Made by a program: the position numbers and the translations under genes
The notes under the pieces: model-generated
Database searches by the model: none
Seen by the model: the letters and a program-made list of their open reading frames with translations, nothing else
Told to the model about the DNA's origin: nothing
Shown: positions 59,801 through 64,000 of the stretch, in pieces
Position numbering within the stretch: position 1 is the first letter of the stretch
Layout of the letters: each line of letters starts with the position of its first letter
Assembly: GCA_003167495.1 (NCBI GenBank)
Contig: PMSX01000224.1
Location: forward strand, 20,216 to 84,215
DNA: 64,000 nt
Origin: Bryobacterales bacterium
Lineage (GTDB): Bacteria; Acidobacteriota; Terriglobia; Bryobacterales; Bryobacteraceae
Direction of reading: 5' to 3'

Positions 59801-60308
59801 TTCCGGTCTCGTTACTTACCAAACCGGGACACCTTTCAGTGTCACCAACGGAATTTATGGCGATAACGCCGGCGTCGGTAACGGCGTGGGAACCGGATCT
59901 TTTGTCGATCTCATCGGCAATCCCCACGCCACACCGGCGGTAACGCAGGTCGCCGGCATCCAAGGGCCGCTGCTCTTTAACCCGGGTGCTTTCGCCGAGC
60001 CGACTGGCCTCACCTTTGGCGATGCGGGCCGTAACATTTTGAATAATCCGGCGCGCACCAATTGGGACATGGGCCTGTTCAAGCACTTCCCGGTTCGCGG
60101 CGAATCTCGCGCTTTCGAGTTCCGCGCCGAAGCCTTCAACGTGTTCAACCACACACAATGGAATGGTGTAAACTCCGGTGCCAGTTGCTATGCGGGCGCC
60201 AACAACTCCGCCGGCGATCCAAGCTGTATCGACACCGCCGTATTCCTTCACCCCAGCGGCGCTCATAACCCGCGCATTCTCCAACTCGGTTTGAAGTTTC
60301 TTTTCTAG
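56844..60308 (+). CDS. TonB-dependent outer-membrane receptor with an N-terminal carboxypeptidase-regulatory-like domain (second copy)
   Basis: 1154-aa ORF with RBS gggaggg and signal peptide MSLFKRVFTLVAAVLAISVIACAQ. It has ..GSITGSVRDSSGAVVPTATVHVTSIEQGWVRTVQTNSTGDYLVSALPAGSYNIQVEATGFER.. and the barrel end ..LQLGLKFLF. Confidence 0.9.
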   Translation: MSLFKRVFTLVAAVLAISVIACAQEGSITGSVRDSSGAVVPTATVHVTSIEQGWVRTVQTNSTGDYLVSALPAGSYNIQVEATGFERYEVKGLILRVSEKSRADAVLKVGQISTEISVAGTLVSQVQTETSELSGVVTTKQIDQLVLNGRNFTQLITLIPGVSNQTGQDEGTVGVYGSVAFSVNGGRTEYNNWELDGGDNMDNGSNSTLNTYPNVDAIAEVKVLTSNYGAQFGRNGSATVETITKSGGHDFHGDLFEFVRNEDFNARNFFADTRPIYRKNDYGFTIGGPVVIPHLYNSSRQKTFFFFSEDWRKELVPGQVFNQQVPSAAERSGNFSADCPGAGSIPTTANLATFPNCPTMPNPSGGALSYFPGNQVPVSPQAQTLMTLLPVANTGSGFFNASPAQQTNWREELGRIDHNITDKERFFFRIIHDSWSTETATPLWGTGSFPTVGTNFVGPGVSMVANLTSTVSPTMVNEFMFSYTTDHIFLTAVGNWERPSSFDMPGIFNNGFRGILPNVTIQGTPEFGGGFSMGTGYFPWNNANPTYTYKDNLTKIIGSHNLLIGAYFAAAQKNEDSSGDAQGSLTFGPPSNYTTGNGFADFLIGSIASFDQTNSVNKYYNRYKIVEPYIQDDWHVNKKLTLNLGLRVSLFGTYREKYHQAYNWEASAFNPATAPVYGATGLISGNPFDGIVQCGVNGVPAGCLAGHLFNPAPRVGFAYSPDDGKTSIRGGYGIFFEHTNGNEGNTESLEGSAPLVQDITQFNLPSYTSITSSTTVSGPLNVTAIPTKAIWPYVQQWNFSLQRDLPTHTLLTLAYAGSKGSHLTDQRDINQLFPTPASLNPYAPGQVISANDCNTFTVNGNAVTGGVLQNLNVACGNSADPYRPYQGFGTITNLEDQANSSYNSLQVSGRRTVGRLTMSLAYTWSHSIDDSSDRYDGNFVNSYDLAGTRASSNFDQRQLLNVSYVYDLPLFAKRGFVHTALGGWQISGLVTYQTGTPFSVTNGIYGDNAGVGNGVGTGSFVDLIGNPHATPAVTQVAGIQGPLLFNPGAFAEPTGLTFGDAGRNILNNPARTNWDMGLFKHFPVRGESRAFEFRAEAFNVFNHTQWNGVNSGASCYAGANNSAGDPSCIDTAVFLHPSGAHNPRILQLGLKFLF

Positions 60309-60320
60309 CTGACTGGTTAA

Positions 60321-60354
60321 GGGCGGCATCGCACAAGTGCCGCCCGTTTTTCTT
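60321..60354 (+). terminator. Rho-independent terminator after the second TonB-dependent receptor
   Basis: gggcggca-tcgcacaag-tgccgccc forms an 8-bp GC-rich stem, followed by gtttttctt. It starts 13 nt after the stop codon. Confidence 0.8.
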
Positions 60355-60556
60355 GCGGGGTGGGGTTCAACAGGGGATGGAATTCGCAAACGCGGCGATG
60401 CTGCGCGTGCGGGCTTTTTGTTGAAGGTGGCGGATAGAGCCGCCGACAACAAAGTTCATCATGGATTCGTGGAGCACTTTGCCACGCTTGATATGGGGAC
60501 TTTTTTCTGCGCGCTGAGTTACAATCTCAGGTATTTGTGCATAGTTGGCTGGGCGC

Positions 60557-60832
60557 TTAGGCAGCATTTAGCTTGGCCGCGAGTTCTTCGCGAATGATGC
60601 GGCGGAGGGTGTCTTCAATTTTCGGAGTTTTTCCTTCGACGTACTCACGGAGAGCAGCGTTGATAAGTGTTTGGTAGCCGGTTTTGCCGCCGGAGGCGTC
60701 GGCGATGGCGCCGAAATGGTCAAGGAGATCTTCGTCAAGGCGAATGGTGATTTTCGCCTTTCCCTTTTCTAGTGGTGGTTCGGGGATCACGCGGCCGCGT
60801 TTGCCTTTGCTGAAATCGTATTGGTTCTTCAT
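60557..60832 (-). CDS. brnA: BrnA-family antitoxin (CopG/RHH-like)
   Basis: ATG 60832 follows gaggag. The sequence is MKNQYDFSKGKRGRVIPEPPLEKGKAKITIRLDEDLLDHFGAIADASGGKTGYQTLINAALREYV.., the typical BrnA pattern. Confidence 0.8.
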   Translation of the reverse strand: MKNQYDFSKGKRGRVIPEPPLEKGKAKITIRLDEDLLDHFGAIADASGGKTGYQTLINAALREYVEGKTPKIEDTLRRIIREELAAKLNAA

Positions 60833-61124
60833 CGTTGCTCCTCGTATTGTTGGCGTTCGTGTGGCTCGGCGGGACGGGCGGAAATTATACGGATGTCTTC
60901 TCAGCGGAAGGTGTACACACAACAACCAGGACTTTCGCTTTATTCCCCATGCCAATGGTGACGAAGCGCTCTTCAGCTTGGTCACTCCCGTCAGTGATCG
61001 TGATTGCGAAGTCATCAACGAAGACGCCTTCGGCTTCTGAAGCGAACCGAATGCCGTGTTTGCGAAAGTACTTTCCGCTTTGTCCGGGTCCCATTTGAAG
61101 GCCCCTCTTATATTGTACAGACAT
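60829..61124 (-). pseudogene. brnT: BrnT-family (DUF497) toxin gene, apparently frame-disrupted
   Basis: The ORF frame gives ..YFRKHGIRFASEAEGVFVDDFAITITD..ERFVTIGMGNKAKVLVVVCTPSAEKTSV*. The canonical N-terminal FKWDPDKAES is in another frame. The canonical C-terminal IRIISARPAEPHERQQYEEQR* is also in another frame, ending in a TGA that overlaps the brnA ATG. Confidence 0.6.
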
Positions 61125-61409
61125 TATGTATGGCAATCCGCCGATGAGCCGTCACTTCCGATCCGGGTTCTTTAAGAGAAACTCCAGCTAGCGGCCGAGA
61201 AATTGCGGAGTCCATTCTGATAGTTCGCCCTTGGCCGATCACACGAGTCCGTCGTCCTGGCAAACCCCTCGGCTCCTAACTTCGTTCCCTTCAGTTCCCG
61301 CCCCTCCAATGATTTATCGCGTGTAACGCGTGGGGCAGGTTATGGCGCTTTTCACCCATGATCTGGGCCAAAATTCTGATATTGTCAAGACGCGTGCGGA
61401 CGTTCCTGA

Positions 61410-61714
61410 ATGAAATACTATTTTTATAAATTGAATCCTCCAGGCCCACATTTCCGGGAGACATCACGGCGGACGAGAGGACGGTGATGAGGGTGCATAG
61501 TGCTTATTGGGTCGAGCAAATCAAACAAGGGAGGGCAATCGCGATTGGTCCGGTTGCCGATCCCAAAGGCGCTTTGGGCGTCGGCATTATTCGACTTGAA
61601 GATGGAGTTGATCCAGCGCCTCTTGTGGCGAATGACCCAGCGATTGTGGCGAATGTCGGGTTTACGTGGGAGGTGCATCCGATGCCGAATGTGTTGATGG
61701 CGGAAGGGGTGTGA
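61410..61714 (+). pseudogene. YciI-like (dimeric alpha/beta-barrel) protein gene with a 5'-proximal frameshift
   Basis: ATG 61410 gives MKYYFYKLNPPGPHF..*. One frame over, the sequence reads RPTFPGDITADERTVMRVHSAYWVEQIKQGRAIAIGPVADPKG..NDPAIVANVGFTWEVHPM... A single missing base after AAT CCT CC would restore the usual ..LNPPRPTFP.. A 76-aa product from 61484 is the alternative. Confidence 0.5.
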
Positions 61715-61739
61715 GAAGGGCTGTCTGCTGTGGGGAGGG

Positions 61740-61833
61740 CAATGGGGACAGAGCACGCGCATTCGAGAAGTGTGGTGGTGTGCCAGTGGGTTTCGTCGTG
61801 GCGCCATGACAGTCCCCATTGCTTGTGGCGGTG
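61740..61833 (+). repeat. palindromic intergenic repeat, copy R1 (homology to R3 extends 5' to about 61706)
   Basis: caatggggacagagcacgcgcattcgagaagtgtggtggtgtgccagtgggtttcgtcgtggcgccatgacagtccccattgcttgtggcggtg. It lies between the YciI-like stop and the DUF2809 ATG. Confidence 0.85.
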
Positions 61834-61836
61834 GCT

Positions 61837-62238
61837 ATGAGTCGTCGCAGTAGAGTTGTCTATGGCTTTGTGACGGCGGGGGTGATTGGGTTTGGGCTGG
61901 CGTCTCGGAGATGGCCGGGATTCTTTCCTGCGGTGGTCGGCAAGTATCCGGGTGATGCGCTTTGGGCGCTAATGGTGTTTTGTCTGTGGGGGTTGTTCCG
62001 GCCAAGTTTGTCGACTGAGAGATTGGCGATTTATGCGCTCACCATCTCCTATTTGGATGAGTTCAGCCAGATTTATCAGGCTCCGTGGATCAATGCGATT
62101 CGCGCGACGACTGTGGGTCACTTAGTATTAGGGTCCACGTTTTCCTGGTGGGATATGGTGTCGTATACGGTGGGAGTGGCGATTGGGGTGGTGTGTGAGA
62201 AGGTGGGGCCTCTTCTGCGTTCCCAGAGCACACTTTGA
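61837..62238 (+). CDS. DUF2809-like small integral membrane protein
   Basis: ATG 61837 gives MSRRSRVVYGFVTAGVIGFGLASRR..GKYPGDALWALMVFCLWGL..YLDEFSQIYQAPWINAIRATTVGHLVLGSTFSWWDMVSYTVGVAIG, with four hydrophobic segments. Confidence 0.65.
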   Translation: MSRRSRVVYGFVTAGVIGFGLASRRWPGFFPAVVGKYPGDALWALMVFCLWGLFRPSLSTERLAIYALTISYLDEFSQIYQAPWINAIRATTVGHLVLGSTFSWWDMVSYTVGVAIGVVCEKVGPLLRSQSTL

Positions 62239-62251
62239 TATTCTCGGACGC

Positions 62252-63412
62252 GTGCGCATACGAAGGGTTTTTTCGGTGTTGGCTTGTCTGGCGGTGGGGT
62301 GGGGGCAAGGAGCCGTACACGACGGAAGCTTTGAAGGGTATCCGGCGGTGGTGCTCGCGAACGCGAAGCTGGAAGTGACGATCACAACGAAGGGCAGCAC
62401 GCTGGCGAGTGTGACGCTGGTGGATGATGCTGAAAAGTTGAGTCCTTTGTGGAATCCGATTCGGATGGCGCGTGAGATGGGACGGCCCGCGAAGTTTGAT
62501 GGCGGAGCGGGGCTGTTTGTATGCGTGGATGGGTTTGGGCCGCCGTCGGAAGAAGAGCGCGCGGCTGGATTGCCGGGGCATGGCGAGGCGCATACGGAGA
62601 CGTTCGCGGTGCATCCTGAGCCGCAGGTTTCCGGCTCAGCGGTGACACTGAGAGCGACGTTGCCGCTGGTACAAGAGAATTTCGCGCGCACGTTCCGGTT
62701 GGTGGACGGTGAGAATGTGGTGCTGGTGGAAAGTGAATTGGAGAACCTGCTGGCTTTCGACAGACCTGTGAATTGGGCGGAACATGCGACGATTGGATCG
62801 CCTTTCTTGGAGCCGGGCGTGACGGTGGTGGATTTTTCGGGAGTGCGTTCGCAGACGCGGCCTTATACGTCGGTAAAGAATGGAGACGTTGAGCGGCGGC
62901 TGGCGTCGGGGAAAGATTTTGCTTGGCCGCTGGCGCCTGGGTTGGATGGGAAAGAAGTGAATCTCCGGGGGACGCCGGAGCACCCCCATTTTCTGGATCA
63001 CGCTACTACTTTGTTAGATCCAGGGCGGGAGTTCGAGTGGGTGACGGCGATTAACGCGAAGAAGGGGACGATGATTGGGTATGTGTTCCGGAGAGTGGAT
63101 TATCCATGGCTGCAATATTGGGGATACTATCCAGCGAGTGAGAAGATGTCGCGGGGGATGGAGTTTGGCACGCAACCTTATGATGTTCCACGGCGGGAGG
63201 CGATTGGTACGGGCAAGATGTTTGATACGGCGACCTACCGTTGGCTGCCGGCGAAGGGGAAGATCCGGACGCGGTTCTTAGTGTTCTATACGCGGATACC
63301 AGAAGGATTTACTAAAGTGGACGAGGTGAGGATGGAGAGCGGGGGGATTGTGATCTCGGATCAGGCTGCGGGTGAGCAGGTTAGGCTTGCGACTGTGGAG
63401 AGACTGGAATAG
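62252..63412 (+). CDS. exported protein of unknown function (possibly a galactose-mutarotase-like beta-sandwich)
   Basis: The long ORF is 62183..63412. I prefer GTG 62252, after the upstream stop, which gives signal-like VRIRRVFSVLACLAVGWGQGA. The sequence ..YPAVVLANAKLEVTITTKGSTLASVTL.. resembles the openings of epimerase-like/DUF4380-type proteins. The functional call is weak. Confidence 0.6.
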   Translation: MRIRRVFSVLACLAVGWGQGAVHDGSFEGYPAVVLANAKLEVTITTKGSTLASVTLVDDAEKLSPLWNPIRMAREMGRPAKFDGGAGLFVCVDGFGPPSEEERAAGLPGHGEAHTETFAVHPEPQVSGSAVTLRATLPLVQENFARTFRLVDGENVVLVESELENLLAFDRPVNWAEHATIGSPFLEPGVTVVDFSGVRSQTRPYTSVKNGDVERRLASGKDFAWPLAPGLDGKEVNLRGTPEHPHFLDHATTLLDPGREFEWVTAINAKKGTMIGYVFRRVDYPWLQYWGYYPASEKMSRGMEFGTQPYDVPRREAIGTGKMFDTATYRWLPAKGKIRTRFLVFYTRIPEGFTKVDEVRMESGGIVISDQAAGEQVRLATVERLE

Positions 63413-63414
63413 TG

Positions 63415-63512
63415 CAAAGGGGACAGACAGCACGCGCATTTGAGAAGTGTCGTGGTGTGGCGGTGGGTTTCGTCGCGGCGCTATGTCAGTCCCATTGCTT
63501 GTGGCGGTGAGC
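63415..63512 (+). repeat. palindromic intergenic repeat, copy R2
   Basis: caaaggggacagacagcacgcgcatttgagaagtgtcgtggtgtggcggtgggtttcgtcgcggcgctatgtcagtcccattgcttgtggcggtgagc. It starts 3 nt after the stop at 63412. Confidence 0.85.
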
Positions 63513-63552
63513 AGGGAGGGTATGTGTGAGGGTTGTCGGACTAAGGGGAGCG

Positions 63553-63651
63553 CAATGGGGACAGACAGCACGCGCATTCGAGAAGTGGGGTGGTGTGATT
63601 GTGGGTTTCGTCGCGGCGCTATGTCAGTCCCCATTGCTTGTGGCGGTGAGC
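63553..63651 (+). repeat. palindromic intergenic repeat, copy R3 (best-preserved hairpin arms; homology to R1 extends 5' to about 63516)
   Basis: caatggggacagacagcacgcgcattcgagaagtggggtggtgtgattgtgggtttcgtcgcggcgctatgtcagtccccattgcttgtggcggtgagc. The arms caatggggacagaca and tgtcagtccccattg pair with one mismatch. Confidence 0.85.
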
Positions 63652-63662
63652 GTTGCTTGTAG

Positions 63663-63875
63663 CTAGGTGGTGACGGGGATGCCGTGTTGTTCGAGGATGC
63701 TGCGGACATCTTTGGGCGAGAGGCGGGACGCGTCGTATTCGACGAAGAATTCGTCGCCGGTATGCGCTAAACGTGCTGCAAAGAGGCCATACACGGCGTG
63801 CAGGCGGGCGATTTGTTTGAGATCGTCGTCATTCAGGATGCGGGACAGCTTGAACGTGAGTTGCACCTTCGTCAT
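63663..63875 (-). CDS. small protein of unknown function (beta-alpha-beta-beta-alpha-beta pattern like an HMA/ACT fold, but without Cys)
   Basis: 70-aa ORF: MTKVQLTFKLSRILNDDDLKQIARLHAVYGLFAARLAHTGDEFFVEYDASRLSPKDVRSILEQHGIPV. The ATG overlaps a TGA of an upstream open frame (ATGA at 63872..63875). Confidence 0.5.
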   Translation of the reverse strand: MTKVQLTFKLSRILNDDDLKQIARLHAVYGLFAARLAHTGDEFFVEYDASRLSPKDVRSILEQHGIPVTT

Positions 63876-64000
63876 CGGGATTCAGAATAGCATTTAGGGT
63901 GTTGGCGTTTTGCCGATTTTCCAGAGGATTTGGCGGAAGATGCCAAGCCATGTGTCAGTGTCAGCGGCGGGAAGGCCGAGGCGGCGGACGAGACGGCGAA
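63872..64000 (-). CDS. possible 3' end of a gene running in from beyond the right window edge
   Basis: The minus frame is open from 64000 to TGA 63874..63872 (..HGLASSAKSSGKSAKRQHPKCYSESR*). It is translationally coupled to the downstream small ORF. Only 42 codons are visible and the composition is uninformative. Confidence 0.25.
   Translation of the reverse strand, partial: FAVSSAASAFPPLTLTHGLASSAKSSGKSAKRQHPKCYSESR

Noticed and set aside
58887-60452. 521-aa minus-strand ORF. Similar long antisense ORFs occur at 57945..58823, 42337..43374, 17054..18025 and 31219..31923.
   Set aside because: Each is fully antisense to a strongly supported gene (TonB-dependent receptor, M1 peptidase, amidohydrolases). 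None has recognisable motifs or an RBS. They are GC-rich shadow ORFs.
61424-61819. 131-aa ORF, and the 143-aa ORF at 63278..63709, sharing the repeated peptide ..APRRNP..HH.TS.MRVL..
   Set aside because: The shared peptide is the antisense translation of the palindromic DNA repeat. The ORFs overlap better-supported genes and repeats and have proline/arginine/histidine-rich nonsense composition.
63415-63651. Possible CRISPR array, because two ~98-nt repeats are separated by ~40 nt
   Set aside because: There are only two adjacent copies, and the third is 1.6 kb away. The repeat is far longer than CRISPR repeats, the 'spacer' is homologous to the sequence 5' of copy R1, and no cas genes are present.

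Overview
The window looks like a high-GC bacterial chromosome segment. I infer an Acidobacteria-type genome from family signatures: a duplicated 'ADOP' FtsX permease beside an acidobacterial-type PadR, a TIGR03436-like VWA protein, and two ~1150-aa CarboxypepD_reg-type TonB-dependent receptors. I support about 45 protein-coding genes, at least five decayed or frameshifted genes, one repeat family and a few regulatory sites. I recognised no rRNA, tRNA, CRISPR array, transposase or integrase.

Layout, left to right:
- 1-6.5 kb: a STAS-adaptor-RND efflux operon with a sigma-54-type promoter, next to a GAF-GAF sigma-54 activator.
- 6.6-10.7 kb: an S15 peptidase coupled to a PQQ dehydrogenase that carries an internal cytochrome c module.
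- 10.8-37.8 kb: a ~25-kb segment bracketed by two diverged, outward-facing inverted copies of an uncharacterised gene plus its ~200-nt G-poor leader. Inside are decayed genes (a CadC/TolB-like regulator and a ScyD/E-like gene) and a dense set of exported C-N hydrolases around a TonB-dependent receptor.
- 38-41.3 kb: the core block kdsB-pyrG-kdsA.
- 41.3-47 kb: an orphan antitoxin-like gene, a pilin-like gene, an M1 peptidase, an exported RidA-like protein, an esterase and a PIG-L deacetylase.
- 47-53 kb: PadR plus ADOP permease, divergent from a stand-alone A-T-TE NRPS-like enzyme.
- 53-56.6 kb: a bactofilin, three small orphan ORFs and a VWA/GT-like operon.
- 56.8-60.3 kb: a second TonB-dependent receptor with a clean terminator.
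- 60.5-64 kb: a brnTA module with a decayed toxin, a frameshifted YciI-like gene, and a three-copy ~95-135-nt palindromic repeat around a DUF2809 gene and an unknown exported protein.

The best candidates for something undescribed are the inverted paralogue pair with its hydrolase island, the C-less A-T-TE enzyme, and the palindromic repeat family. All functional calls come from reading translated motifs by eye. No database search was run.
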